DNA from: Candidatus Saccharimonadota bacterium | GTDB taxonomy: Bacteria > Patescibacteriota > Patescibacteriia > 2-12-FULL-60-25 | Reading direction: 5' to 3' | Assembly (NCBI GenBank): GCA_963718585.1 | Contig: OY970357.1 | Coordinates: forward strand, 810,001 to 842,000 | DNA: 32,000 bases | Shown here: in pieces, positions 8,817 to 18,482 of the stretch | Layout: each line of letters starts with the position of its first letter | How positions within the stretch are numbered: position 1 is the first letter of the stretch | Position numbers and translations under genes: made by a program | The notes under the pieces: generated by a model | Databases searched by the model: none | Seen by the model: the letters and a program-made list of their open reading frames with translations, nothing else | Told to the model about the DNA's origin: nothing

Positions 8817-9125
8817 TTATGATGTAGAAGTATAACGACGCTCGATGGCTTGGGTCAGTCGGGCGATCCGACTCCCCAGCCAAACGATGATGATGGTTAA
8901 AATGATAGCATAGATGAACTTCGCGGCCAGCGTGCTTGCCGGACCGAAAATGGTCTGGAACAGCGATTGGATCGCATCATTCCACGCCAGGGCGGCGACG
9001 AAGGTGAGGGCAGCGGTGAGGAGGTCATAGGTCCGCTTGACGACCGAGAGACGGATACTCTCTTCCTGCGTTTTCTTTCGCTCTACAGATGGAACGTACG
9101 GTGACCGTTTCGGATCAATGGCCAT
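8817..9125 (-). CDS. Small 2-TM membrane protein, hypothetical
   Basis: 102 aa with two hydrophobic helices (LLTAALTFVAALAW and FIYAIILTIIIVWLG). The start is 6 nt after the pgk stop. Confidence 0.65.
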   Translation of the reverse strand: MAIDPKRSPYVPSVERKKTQEESIRLSVVKRTYDLLTAALTFVAALAWNDAIQSLFQTIFGPASTLAAKFIYAIILTIIIVWLGSRIARLTQAIERRYTSTS

Positions 9126-9131
9126 AGAAGA

Positions 9132-10343
9132 TCAACGTCGCTTTTTTCGCACTGGTGCGAGTGCCAACAGTCCAGGGAGACGACCGTTCTTCGCGATGAA
9201 CTCAAGCATCGCACCACCGCCCGTGGACAGATGATCGATCCATTCCGACATGCCGGAATCAAGGACGACCGGGAGTGTATCTCCCCCACCGACCACCCCA
9301 TAGGCCTTGCCCTTGCTCCGTTCGGCGATCACGCGCGCGACGACCATGGATCCGTGACGGAAACTCGGGATCTCTGTGACGCCCAGCGGTCCGTTCCAGA
9401 CGATGGTCTTTGCCTGCTTGATGGTCTGAGACCACGCACGCATGGTCTCGGGTCCGATGTCCCCGATCGCCTCGGACTTCTTCACCTTCCCGACCGGTAC
9501 TGCATGTGCCCGCGCGCCGACAGCGATCTTGGACGCGACCACCACGTCCACGGGCAATTGCAGCTTTTTGTTCTTCAGGAGCTTTCGCGCGATCACGACC
9601 CCCTCCTTTTCAACGAATGACTTCCCGATCTCCTTCCGCTGGGACTTGAAGAACGCATTGGCCATAGCTCCTCCGACACAGACCGTATCCGCGGCTTTCA
9701 GCAGCGTGGAGAGGACCGGAAACTTGGTCGTCAGCTTGGCGCCACCGATGATGGCCACGAACGGATGTTTCGGTTTGGTGATCAGCTTCGTGAGCGCGAC
9801 GACCTCTTCGACAAGCGTCGGTCCCGCATATCGTGGGAGCTGTTTCGCGATCCCCACGACCGATGCGTGCGATCGATGACACGAGGCGAATGCATCATTC
9901 ATGAATAGGTCCGCGAGTGACGCATACGCCTTCGCGAGCTTGACCTCATTCTTTTCCTCACCCTTGTAGTATCGAACGTTCTCCAAAAGGAAGATGGCCC
10001 CGGGTTTGGCATCCGCGATGCGGCTCTGGGCGGCCTTCGATCCATTCGGCGTATCCAGCGCATCAGGAATAAACGTCAGATCCACGCCATACCGGATCGC
10101 CGCGATCCGCGCGAGGCGACGCGTCGACAATTTAGGGTCGCGCCCTTTCGGCCGACCGAGGTGTGTCGCGACAAGGACAACCGCTCCTCGCTTCGCCAGC
10201 GCCTGAACCGTCGTGATCGAGCGGCTCATCTTCAACGAATCATCCGCGGACAAGGAAGGGGCTAACGGGATATTCCAATCAACGCGCAAAAAGATACGTT
10301 TGCCTTTCAGGGATCGCTTTGCAGGAATGGTGGGAAGCGCCAT
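9132..10343 (-). CDS. pgk: Phosphoglycerate kinase
   Basis: 403 aa. RVDWNIPL, SHLGRP-like ATHLGRPKG, AIIGGAKLTTKF and GGGDT are present. Confidence 0.95.
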   Translation of the reverse strand: MALPTIPAKRSLKGKRIFLRVDWNIPLAPSLSADDSLKMSRSITTVQALAKRGAVVLVATHLGRPKGRDPKLSTRRLARIAAIRYGVDLTFIPDALDTPNGSKAAQSRIADAKPGAIFLLENVRYYKGEEKNEVKLAKAYASLADLFMNDAFASCHRSHASVVGIAKQLPRYAGPTLVEEVVALTKLITKPKHPFVAIIGGAKLTTKFPVLSTLLKAADTVCVGGAMANAFFKSQRKEIGKSFVEKEGVVIARKLLKNKKLQLPVDVVVASKIAVGARAHAVPVGKVKKSEAIGDIGPETMRAWSQTIKQAKTIVWNGPLGVTEIPSFRHGSMVVARVIAERSKGKAYGVVGGGDTLPVVLDSGMSEWIDHLSTGGGAMLEFIAKNGRLPGLLALAPVRKKRR

Positions 10344-10349
10344 ACCCCC

Positions 10350-10358
10350 ATGATACCA
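10350..10358 (-). promoter_or_regulatory. Extended -10 box TGgTATCAT, 6 nt upstream of the pgk ATG
   Basis: Read on the minus strand. No SD. Confidence 0.45.
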
Positions 10359-10409
10359 CGCACAACGGACTTCGACTCCCCACTCCCGGCTTCCAACGCG
10401 CTTTCCACT

Positions 10410-11312
10410 TTAGATCCCCACATCTACACAGACGATCTGTGGGGGTGCGAAAAGACGACAACGGGCATCCTGCTCCCCGAGTCCATTGGAGACGATGGTG
10501 ATGATCCCGCGGATGAGATGACGTCCATTGGAGATCTCACGGCCGTGCTTCGACGGGACGGGCCACAGCGGACCCATGAACGGGAGTCGGACCTGCCCCG
10601 CATGCGTGTGACCTGAAAGGACAAGATCTGTGTCTGCCTCTGCAAGATCGAGGAGCACGTCTGGCTCATGCGATATCAACAGATGTGGAATGTCTTCGGA
10701 TGTCCGTGTGAAAGGCCGTGGGTCCCCATACCAGTGATCATCTACGCCCTGGATCTCCAACGTCCGACCGCCACGTTCCAGCTTTTGATGCCGATCCGTC
10801 AGGTCTTCGTATCCGTACCGCCGAAGCGTCCGTCGGATCTCCCGCGGATCATCGAGCAGGTCATGATTCCCCAAGACGAAGAAGCGTCCCAACGGCGCAC
10901 GAAGGTCGACAAGCGGCGCAAGATCCGTGATCGGGTCTACGCGATCGACGACATAGTCGCCGCCGAGGAAGATCAGATCAGGTCGAAGCGCCTGCGCTTC
11001 CCGTGCGACCCGTGCGACCCATGCGGCATGCTTGAATGTCCCTTGGTGCAGATCGGAAAGGAAGATGACGCGGATCCATTGGGTCGGTTCGCGGACGAGC
11101 GCCTCGCGATAGAAGGCGACCGTCAAACGCTTTGGTTCGATGAAGCAGCCATAGCCGAGCAGTGCCTCACCACAGCCGGCACTGATCGCCAAAAAGATCC
11201 ATGCGCCACCCTGTCGGAGCCCGAACCAGAACACCGCGGCGCCAACGAGGGCGAGGATGATCAAGATCGCATCGAAGACGCGAGGATGTTCATGGGTCTG
11301 ACGAAGGTCCAT
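10410..11312 (-). CDS. Membrane-anchored metallophosphoesterase (calcineurin-like)
   Basis: N-terminal TM helices, then the motifs FLSDLHQG, GGDYV, GNHD and GHTHAGQ. Confidence 0.85.
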   Translation of the reverse strand: MDLRQTHEHPRVFDAILIILALVGAAVFWFGLRQGGAWIFLAISAGCGEALLGYGCFIEPKRLTVAFYREALVREPTQWIRVIFLSDLHQGTFKHAAWVARVAREAQALRPDLIFLGGDYVVDRVDPITDLAPLVDLRAPLGRFFVLGNHDLLDDPREIRRTLRRYGYEDLTDRHQKLERGGRTLEIQGVDDHWYGDPRPFTRTSEDIPHLLISHEPDVLLDLAEADTDLVLSGHTHAGQVRLPFMGPLWPVPSKHGREISNGRHLIRGIITIVSNGLGEQDARCRLFAPPQIVCVDVGI

Positions 11313-11376
11313 GACTGGAGCGTACGTTAAAAGGATCCGACGAGAGTGTCAGTACTGGTTCACACGGGGAGAGATA

Positions 11377-12393
11377 TCATTTCTTCCCCAGTACGGTCTT
11401 CCCGACCATGATGGCGAGGTCCGCCAACCGATGCGAATACCCCCATTCATTGTCATACCACGCAAGGACCTTCACCATATCCCCGTCCACGACCTGCGTG
11501 AACGGAAGATCCACGATCGAAGATGCGGGGTTGCCAATGAAGTCCGTGGAAACGAGCGGCTCTTCGCTGACTGTCACGATGCCTTTGTAGAGAGGATTCT
11601 TGCTCGCTTTCTTCAGGATCTTGTTCACTTCTTCGACCGTGGTCTTCCGCTTGAGGAGGAACGTGAAATCCGAAAGGGAGACGCATGGTGTCGGAACGCG
11701 GATAGAGATCCCATCAAAGAGTCCTTTCAACGTCGGAATGACTTCGGTCGTCGCGATCGCGGCACCCGTCGTGGTCGGAATGATGTTCTCTGCCGCCGCC
11801 CGTGCGCGCCGGAGGTCCCGATGCGGACCATCCTGGAGATTCTGATCCGCAGTATAGGAATGGATGGTCGTCATCATCGCCTTTTTCACACCGAACGCAT
11901 CATTCATGATCGCCGCGACCGGCGCGATGCAGTTGGTCGTACATGATGCATTGTTGATGATCTTCGCCTTTTTGCCGGCGCCCTTCTCATTGACCCCGAT
12001 GACATGCGTCGGAACGACACCGCCTTTGGCCGGCGCGGAGATGATCACGCGCTTCGCACCAGCGGTCACGTGTTGTCCCGCCAGCTCCTCGGTCCGAAAT
12101 CGCCCCGTACATTCAAGGACAACATCGACCTTCATCTGCTTCCAGGGCAGCTGCTTCGGATCACGCTCCGCAAGGACCGGGATCTTCTTGCCGTTCACGA
12201 TGATATTCTTCGCGTCGTACGAGATCTTCTTATCCCATGTCCGATACGTCGAATCGTGCTTGAGCAAGTGGGCGAGCGTTTTGGAATCCGTCAGATCATT
12301 GACGGCGACGATGTTGAATCCGGGCTTGTCGAATCCCGCTTTGAAGGTATTGCGACCGATCCGGCCGAACCCATTGATGGCGATGTTAGGCAT
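11377..12393 (-). CDS. gap: Type I glyceraldehyde-3-phosphate dehydrogenase
   Basis: INGFGRIGR, SCTTNC and WYDNEWGYS are present. Confidence 0.95.
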   Translation of the reverse strand: MPNIAINGFGRIGRNTFKAGFDKPGFNIVAVNDLTDSKTLAHLLKHDSTYRTWDKKISYDAKNIIVNGKKIPVLAERDPKQLPWKQMKVDVVLECTGRFRTEELAGQHVTAGAKRVIISAPAKGGVVPTHVIGVNEKGAGKKAKIINNASCTTNCIAPVAAIMNDAFGVKKAMMTTIHSYTADQNLQDGPHRDLRRARAAAENIIPTTTGAAIATTEVIPTLKGLFDGISIRVPTPCVSLSDFTFLLKRKTTVEEVNKILKKASKNPLYKGIVTVSEEPLVSTDFIGNPASSIVDLPFTQVVDGDMVKVLAWYDNEWGYSHRLADLAIMVGKTVLGKK

Positions 12394-12401
12394 ATGGCAA
12401 G

Positions 12402-12407
12402 AGTATA
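12402..12407 (-). promoter_or_regulatory. -10 box TATACT, 8 nt upstream of the gap ATG
   Basis: Read on the minus strand. No SD. The palindrome CGCGCC-n3-GGCGCG lies immediately upstream. Confidence 0.35.
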
Positions 12408-12460
12408 CGCGCCGTGGGCGCGTGATGCTAGATGAAAGAATCTAGAAGCTGGAAGCAGAC

Positions 12461-12490
12461 AAAAAAAGAGGGGCCGCCTTGGACCCCTTT
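12461..12490 (-). terminator. Intrinsic terminator after the 12514 gene
   Basis: On the minus strand, a GGGGTCC/GGCCCC-type hairpin followed by TCTTTTTTTG. Confidence 0.5.
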
Positions 12491-12513
12491 TCTGATTCTA
12501 GCCTCTACTTCTC

Positions 12514-13113
12514 TTAGAAGTAGATCTGCACGGTGCGCGTCTCGATCTTCTGTGTCTTGTCCGCGTTCGTCACGAGGACATCGTACTCGATGGTCGAATC
12601 ATCCACCCACCGGACGGACATCTGCGAGTCGTAAGACGTCCCCTTCCCCGTCGATTCTGTATACGGATTGAAGATCACGATATATCGCGGACGAGATTCG
12701 CCCTTCACTTCAACAGCTACGCCGATCTTCCCTTTTACCGTATCGTTATACCCGGCATACCGTGTCCCAGATGCATTCATCATTCCGCGATCCAATGCAC
12801 CGCTCGGACTCATCATCAACACGGCGGCCGAGCCCGTTGAGGTCGGGGGCATGACCTCATTCGTCGGGAGGGTCACGGGTGGAGCTGGTGCTGGAACCGG
12901 GACCGCAGACGTGGCGAGATCGGTGTAAGCCGTTTCCAATACTGCGATATGCGCCTCCGCTCGATCAAGACGGATCTTCATGCTCAACACGACGTAAAAC
13001 GACGCGAGCATGAAGAACAGCAAACTCACCCACAGGATCGTGAGGAGACTGCCGTGATAGGCGACGGCGCGCTTCATGTGCGCCGTTGAAGAAGTGCGAG
13101 AACGTGCAGGCAT
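12514..13113 (-). CDS. Membrane-anchored hypothetical protein with a Pro-rich linker and a beta-rich C-terminal domain
   Basis: A TM helix (SLLTILWVSLLFFMLASFYVV), then VPVPAPAPPVTLP, then a beta-rich C-terminus. The start is ambiguous: ATG 13113 or 13077. The ORF-track start at 13176 is unlikely. Confidence 0.6.
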   Translation of the reverse strand: MPARSRTSSTAHMKRAVAYHGSLLTILWVSLLFFMLASFYVVLSMKIRLDRAEAHIAVLETAYTDLATSAVPVPAPAPPVTLPTNEVMPPTSTGSAAVLMMSPSGALDRGMMNASGTRYAGYNDTVKGKIGVAVEVKGESRPRYIVIFNPYTESTGKGTSYDSQMSVRWVDDSTIEYDVLVTNADKTQKIETRTVQIYF

Positions 13114-13184
13114 ACGAGAGGACGAAAAGAATTCTTCCAAAGTATACCACAGAACGCGGATCCATCGAACATTCACGCGGTTCT

Positions 13185-13193
13185 TGCTACACT
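13185..13193 (+). promoter_or_regulatory. Extended -10 box TGcTACACT, 6 nt upstream of ATG 13200
   Basis: The motif is read directly. No SD. Confidence 0.45.
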
Positions 13194-13199
13194 CCCATC

Positions 13200-14159
13200 A
13201 TGTTGGACGCTGTTCTGCTCATCATTGGATCGCTTGTCTTGGCAACATCTTCAAATTGGCTGATCGAGAACGCCCTCGTCCTGGGAAAGGCACTCCGACT
13301 CTCTCCAACGACCGTGGGACTCACCATCGTGGCGTTAGGGACGTCCGCGCCGGAACTGTCCATCAACGTCCTCGCGAGTCTTCAGGGCCTGCATCAACTC
13401 CCTTTCGGGAATATCGTCGGCAGTAACCTCACGAACCTCCTCCTGGTCCTCGGCATCGCCGCACTTCTCCGGACCATCCGCGTGAACCCGCAAGTGGTCC
13501 GCCTCGGCGTTCCGTTGAACCTGATCGCCGTCGTCTTGGTCGCGGTCCTGATCCAGGTTCCGATCTTCTGGTCCGGGGACGGACAAGGCTTGAGTCGGAT
13601 CGAGGGCCTTCTACTCCTCTGCACCTTCCCGTTGTATGCCTACTATGCCGTCAGTCTCGGTAAGGATCACCGTCCGTTGCTCCAGATCAAGGTCAGTAAA
13701 CGGAAGATCGCCCTTGCGACGGCGGGCGTGATCGCATCGCTTGTCGGCCTCGCCGTCGGAGCGGAATGGATCATCCAAGGGGCATCGAACCTCGCCCGCA
13801 CGTTCGGGATCTCAGAATATGTCATCGGTCTCACCGTTGTCGCGTTCGGCACATCATTGCCGGAATTGGCGACCACGATCACGGGGATGGCCAAACGCCA
13901 TCCCGGACTCGTGGTCGGAAACGTCGTCGGATCTAACCTGTTCAATCTCTTGTTCATCCTCGGGATCTCCGTCACGATCCGTCCCCTCCCCGTCCAAGCC
14001 TCCCAACTGACCGACCTGTATCTCCTCGCCGGTGGCTTCGTTCTTCTCTGGGTCCTGCTCGCAACCTCCAGACATAAAGAGTTGCGTCGTTGGCACGGCG
14101 TGGTGCTCGTCACCCTCTACGCGGCATTCATCGCCTCCCGTTTCTTCATTCAGACCTGA
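13200..14159 (+). CDS. CaCA-family cation/Ca2+ antiporter (YrbG-like)
   Basis: Two alpha-repeats, GTSAPEL and GTSLPEL, and about 10 TM helices. I prefer the start at ATG 13200. Confidence 0.9.
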   Translation: MLDAVLLIIGSLVLATSSNWLIENALVLGKALRLSPTTVGLTIVALGTSAPELSINVLASLQGLHQLPFGNIVGSNLTNLLLVLGIAALLRTIRVNPQVVRLGVPLNLIAVVLVAVLIQVPIFWSGDGQGLSRIEGLLLLCTFPLYAYYAVSLGKDHRPLLQIKVSKRKIALATAGVIASLVGLAVGAEWIIQGASNLARTFGISEYVIGLTVVAFGTSLPELATTITGMAKRHPGLVVGNVVGSNLFNLLFILGISVTIRPLPVQASQLTDLYLLAGGFVLLWVLLATSRHKELRRWHGVVLVTLYAAFIASRFFIQT

Positions 14160-14162
14160 TCT

Positions 14163-16760
14163 ATGACCTCTTTGAACGCCGATGCCGCCAAACAGCCATT
14201 CTGGGCCGTGCCATCCGATGACACACTGAAAGCGCTCGAGACACGAGCGGCCGGATTGACGGACAAGGAGGTCACGGAACGCATCCGTCTCTTCGGCCAG
14301 AACATCATCACGAACGGTCCGCAATTCACCCATCTCCGGATCCTTGGACGACAGATCGCGAGTCCGCTCATCATCGTGTTGCTGATCGCCGGCGGGATCA
14401 CGACCTTTCTCGGCGACGCGCTCGACAGTATCGTCATCTTCGGCGCGGTCGTCGTGAACGTCGCGCTCGGATACTGGCAGGAGAACAAAGCCGAGACCAT
14501 TCTGGAAGAACTGACGCGCTACGTGCGGACATTCGCCCGTGTCGTCCGGAATGGCGAAGAGCACGAGGTCGATGCCTCCCGCGTCGTCCCTGGCGACATC
14601 ATTCAGCTCTCTCAGGGCATGCGCGTTCCGGCAGATGGACGGATCCTCTCGGCGAATACCCTGGAGATCGATGAATCCATCCTGACCGGTGAGGCTTTGC
14701 CGGAAGAGAAACATCCGGAGCCCGTACCCCTTGAGACCGTGCTCGGCGAACGATCGTGCATGGCGTACGGCGGGACGCTCGTCCTATCCGGGATCGGAAC
14801 GATCGTAGTCACGGCGACGGCGCGACAGACCGAGGTCGGGCGCATTGCCCACCTGTCCGCGATCCAGGCGGAAGAGCCGTCCCCGCTCCAACGTGCGGTC
14901 TCCCATTTCTCCAAAGTATCCGGGATCGTCCTCGCCCTCTTTGCCGCAGGACTATTCACCATCGGGATCCAGGTAGGGTACCAACCGCTCCAGATCTTCG
15001 TGATCTCGGTCGCGGTCGCGGTCTCGGCCGTGCCGGAAAGTCTCCCGATCGCTCTCACGGTCATCATGGCCGTCGGGGTCGAACGTCTTGCTAAACACAA
15101 AGGCATCGTCCGCCGTCTCTTGGCCGCTGAGACCCTCGGCTCCACCACCGTCGTCCTCACCGATAAGACCGGAACGCTGACCCAGGCAAAGATGGACATT
15201 GCGGACGTGATCCCGTGGAAGGCCAAAGGGAAGACGGCGGAAAATGAGATCCTCGCGGATGCGATCCTTGATACGGACGTCGTGATCGAAGACCCGGAGG
15301 ACGCGCCGGAGTCATGGCGCATTTCCGGCCGTCCCCTCGAGACCTCGCTCGTCCGCGGAGCCGGGATCCGTGGGATACGATATCCCGACCTCCGTGCCAA
15401 ACGCCCGATCCTGGAACGCGTACCCTTTGACGCACGCAAACGCTATTCGATCGCGGTGGCAGAGATGGAGCACGGGACACGGACCGTCGTCCTTGGAGCC
15501 CCGGAGACCATCATCGATCTCTGCCCGCTGGCAGAAGACGAGAAGCTCGTCCTCATTGACGAGATCAATACGCGTGCAGAAAACGGAGAACGCGTCCTGG
15601 GGATCGCGAGCGCAGATGCGACTGGATCACTGACGAAAGGCGTCCATCTTCCACCCGAGCACCTCGTCTTCCGAGGGCTTATCGCGTTCCGCGACCCGCT
15701 TCGCCCCAGTGCGAAACAAGCCGTCAAACAGATGGAAGACCTGAACGTCCGGACCGTCATGGTGACCGGTGACCATCGCGGGACCGCGATCTCGGTCGCA
15801 CGCGAGATCGGCATGCTGAAGGAAGGTGACGAGATCCTGACCGGGACTGAACTGGATCAGCTCAAAGACGACGACCTCCTCGGCCGTCTCGACAAGATCC
15901 GCGTCTTCGCACGCGCGACACCCGAACACAAACTGCGCATCGCCGGACTGTACCGCCAACGCGGCGATGTGGTCGCGGTCACCGGTGACGGCGTGAACGA
16001 CGCCCCCGCCTTACGCGCGGCAGATATCGGGATCGCCGTCGGATCCGGCACGGAGGTCGCCAAAGGCGCTGCCGACCTCGTGATCCTCAATGATGATTTC
16101 CAGACCATCGTCCTTGCGGTGCGTGAAGGGCGTCGGATCCTCCAAAACATCCGCAAGGTCATGGTCTATCTCCTCTCGGATGCGCTGGACGAGGTCATGC
16201 TCATCGGCGGTGCGCTCCTCGTCGGCATCACCCTCCCACTCAACGCCTTGCAGATCCTCTTTGTGAACCTGTTCTCTGATAGCTTCCCCGCCATCGCGTT
16301 CGCCTTTGAAGACCGCCTTGATACCGATCACCGAAAACGCGGCATCCCAAAACTTTTCGATCCCGAAACGACATTCCTCATCTTCGTCCTCGGTTCGATC
16401 ATGAGCCTCCTCGTCTTCATCCTTTACATCGCCTTGCTCCACGCGGGATATCCCCCGGATCTCGTCCGCACGTTCACCTACGCCCTCTTCGCGACCTATA
16501 CGCTCTTTGTCGCCTTCTCCCTGCGCAGTCTCCACGCCAGCATCCTGACCTATAACCCGTTCGCGAATCTCCAGCTTACCGCCGGTGTCGGCTTTGGTTT
16601 GGGTCTCACGCTCATCTCCATCTATTTCCCGCCGCTCGCCCGCGTCCTGCATAACGTTCCGCTCCCCTTCCCGTGGATCGTCGCGGTCCTCGGCGTCGGG
16701 CTGGCGAGCATCGCGCTCGTCGAAGTCGGTAAATGGGTCTTTAGTCGTTCTCGCGGCTGA
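14163..16760 (+). CDS. Cation-translocating P-type ATPase (P2-type, probably Ca2+)
   Basis: DKTGTLT, TGDGVNDAPAL, MVTGDH and a TM4 PESLP motif. The start is 3 nt after the antiporter stop. Confidence 0.95.
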   Translation: MTSLNADAAKQPFWAVPSDDTLKALETRAAGLTDKEVTERIRLFGQNIITNGPQFTHLRILGRQIASPLIIVLLIAGGITTFLGDALDSIVIFGAVVVNVALGYWQENKAETILEELTRYVRTFARVVRNGEEHEVDASRVVPGDIIQLSQGMRVPADGRILSANTLEIDESILTGEALPEEKHPEPVPLETVLGERSCMAYGGTLVLSGIGTIVVTATARQTEVGRIAHLSAIQAEEPSPLQRAVSHFSKVSGIVLALFAAGLFTIGIQVGYQPLQIFVISVAVAVSAVPESLPIALTVIMAVGVERLAKHKGIVRRLLAAETLGSTTVVLTDKTGTLTQAKMDIADVIPWKAKGKTAENEILADAILDTDVVIEDPEDAPESWRISGRPLETSLVRGAGIRGIRYPDLRAKRPILERVPFDARKRYSIAVAEMEHGTRTVVLGAPETIIDLCPLAEDEKLVLIDEINTRAENGERVLGIASADATGSLTKGVHLPPEHLVFRGLIAFRDPLRPSAKQAVKQMEDLNVRTVMVTGDHRGTAISVAREIGMLKEGDEILTGTELDQLKDDDLLGRLDKIRVFARATPEHKLRIAGLYRQRGDVVAVTGDGVNDAPALRAADIGIAVGSGTEVAKGAADLVILNDDFQTIVLAVREGRRILQNIRKVMVYLLSDALDEVMLIGGALLVGITLPLNALQILFVNLFSDSFPAIAFAFEDRLDTDHRKRGIPKLFDPETTFLIFVLGSIMSLLVFILYIALLHAGYPPDLVRTFTYALFATYTLFVAFSLRSLHASILTYNPFANLQLTAGVGFGLGLTLISIYFPPLARVLHNVPLPFPWIVAVLGVGLASIALVEVGKWVFSRSRG

Positions 16761-17427
16761 CCTGCTTCCGCCACGCCGCGATGGCCGCATGATCTCCGGA
16801 AAGGAGGACATTCGGCACCTTCCAACGAAGGTACGTTTCCGGACGCGTGTATTGAGGATATTCGGTCGTCACCCCATCGCTCCAGGATTCTTCCGCGAGG
16901 GATGCCTCCGCGCCCAACACGCCCGGACGCAGACGGGCGACTGCATCGGTCATGACCATGGCCGCGAGCTCACCGCCGGTCAGGACGTACGGACCGATCG
17001 CCAACTCCTCATCACAGAGCTTCGTCACGCGTTCATCGACGCCTTCGTACCGTCCGCACAAAAAAACGAGACGATCATAGGATGAGAGTCGCTTCGCATC
17101 CTTTTGGGTGAATCGCTTCCCCTTCGCGCTGGTCAGGATCACGCGCGTCCTCTTTGCGGCGACGGTCTTCTTTCCGTCCTTCGTCCGGAGCTTCAGTGCT
17201 TTCAGCGCCTCGTGGAACGGAAGGACCTTCATGACCATGCCAGCGCCGCCACCGAACGGACGGTCATCCACGCGGCCATGTTTGTCATGCGACCACTGCC
17301 GCAGCTGATGCGTCTTCAAGATGAGCCGCTTGGCCTTCTGCGCCCGTCCGAGGATGGATGCATCGAGATACGGCTGCACGGCCTCTGGGAAGAGGGTCAC
17401 GACGTCCACGCGAAGCGGCTTTTTCAT
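16741..17427 (-). CDS. trmD: tRNA (guanine37-N1)-methyltransferase
   Basis: VDVVTLFPE, DDRPFGGGAGMVMK and CGRYEGVDERV. The 3' end overlaps the ATPase 3' end by 20 bp. Confidence 0.95.
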   Translation of the reverse strand: MKKPLRVDVVTLFPEAVQPYLDASILGRAQKAKRLILKTHQLRQWSHDKHGRVDDRPFGGGAGMVMKVLPFHEALKALKLRTKDGKKTVAAKRTRVILTSAKGKRFTQKDAKRLSSYDRLVFLCGRYEGVDERVTKLCDEELAIGPYVLTGGELAAMVMTDAVARLRPGVLGAEASLAEESWSDGVTTEYPQYTRPETYLRWKVPNVLLSGDHAAIAAWRKQVSREND

Positions 17428-17436
17428 ATGAAGGAG

Positions 17437-17465
17437 AATATATCAGCCTCTGACACCCCTGTCAT
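17437..17465 (-). promoter_or_regulatory. Promoter ATGACA-17-TATATT; the -10 box is 9 nt upstream of the trmD ATG
   Basis: Hexamers and 17-nt spacer read on the minus strand. Confidence 0.45.
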
Positions 17466-17475
17466 TCGCGGAAAA

Positions 17476-17499
17476 CAAAAAACCCCCGAGGGGGTTTTT
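17476..17499 (-). terminator. Intrinsic terminator between the KH gene and trmD
   Basis: AAAAAACCCCC gag GGGGTTTTT, which looks bidirectional. Confidence 0.6.
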
Positions 17500-17513
17500 C
17501 ATCTTCTGCGGAT

Positions 17514-17876
17514 TCAGATCCCGAGATCTGCCAGGTCGTCATCGCTGACGAGACCGGCGTCGCCGTGCATCTGGCGCGGCGCGGCGGCGGCTCCCTTCTT
17601 TTCCTGATGCTCGCGACGCATGTTCTCCGGTTCGTAGATCTTGAGATTGACCCGGGCATCTTCCTTGGCACCCACGATCTTCAGGAGAATCCGAAGCGCA
17701 CGGGCGGTCTGGCCCTGGCGTCCGATGATATACCCCATGTCTTCCTGATTGACGTGGAGCGTGATCAGGACCCCGCGCTCGTCGACGGTGCGGTCGGTCT
17801 TAACGTCGTCCGGGTTATTCACCAGGGACTTAACGACGAATTCAATGAACTGCTGGTCTCGAAACTGTTCTGCCAT
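17514..17876 (-). CDS. KH-domain RNA-binding protein (YlqC/UPF0109-like) with a C-terminal extension
   Basis: GVLITLHVNQEDMGYIIGRQGQTARALRILL contains the GxxG KH motif. I prefer the start at ATG 17876; the ORF-track start is a TTG. Confidence 0.85.
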   Translation of the reverse strand: MAEQFRDQQFIEFVVKSLVNNPDDVKTDRTVDERGVLITLHVNQEDMGYIIGRQGQTARALRILLKIVGAKEDARVNLKIYEPENMRREHQEKKGAAAAPRQMHGDAGLVSDDDLADLGI

Positions 17877-17994
17877 ATCGGCGGTTAGTGAATTGTGAAT
17901 CGAGTCATGGAATGGCCACGTCCTCTTGGGCAAAAAGATAGCATGACCCCTCCCGAGGGACAAGCAAACCGGTCAATGCAAAAAAAAGACCGCC

Positions 17995-18309
17995 TTATGC
18001 GGCAGCCTCTTTCTTCTCCATCTTTTCCTTGCGTTTTTTCGAGATCGTCACCTTTTTGCGCTTATCACCCTGAACGATCTTCTGGTCGACGAGGAGGTTC
18101 CACGCCGTTTCAGAGACCTGAGCGCCCTTTTCGATCCAGTGCGTGATGCGATCGGCCTTGAAATTGATCTGCGCCGGGTTGGTCAGCGGGTTATAGGTCC
18201 CAAGATTCTCGAGATAGACCCCCCACGGATCTTTGGATTTTTCGGAGACGATGAGCCGGTATGAGGGCTGTTTCTTTTTGCCCACGCGGCTCAGACGGAT
18301 GATCAACAT
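17995..18309 (-). CDS. rpsP: 30S ribosomal protein S16 with a Lys-rich tail
   Basis: MLIIRLSRVGKKKQPSYRLIV...GTYNP. Confidence 0.95.
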   Translation of the reverse strand: MLIIRLSRVGKKKQPSYRLIVSEKSKDPWGVYLENLGTYNPLTNPAQINFKADRITHWIEKGAQVSETAWNLLVDQKIVQGDKRKKVTISKKRKEKMEKKEAAA

Positions 18310-18482
18310 GATGGTAGTGATGACGAAAGTCTTAAGCAGCGATGAGATGCGCCGCGCTGGAGGAAGGAAGACCCGCAGGCGTACTTAATGTACGCAGAGG
18401 AAGATTCCGACCGAAGCGCAAGCAGATCGCGCTGATGAAGATTTTCGAGGATTGGGGTGAGCAAAACCCCTTAATTGACGGT
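18310..18482 (-). promoter_or_regulatory. Long non-coding 5' leader of rpsP (about 170 nt) containing several hairpins
   Basis: There is no credible ORF here. Hairpins are GGGGU/ACCCC, GCGCGA-ucugc-UUGCGC and GCGUAC-auuaa-GUACGC. Pyrimidine tracts UCUUCCUCU and UCUUCCUUCCUCC are present. There is no SD before the rpsP ATG. Confidence 0.4.

Noticed and set aside
2092-16760. Alternative genetic code with UGA recoding, as in some CPR lineages.
   Set aside because: TGA terminates gatB, miaB, the antiporter and the ATPase at family-typical lengths, and no in-frame TGA interrupts any recognised gene.
17980-18006. A terminator directly after rpsP (T8 tract).
   Set aside because: The preceding hairpin has only about 4 bp (GCCG/CGGU). 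It may cause pausing, but it is too weak to call with confidence.
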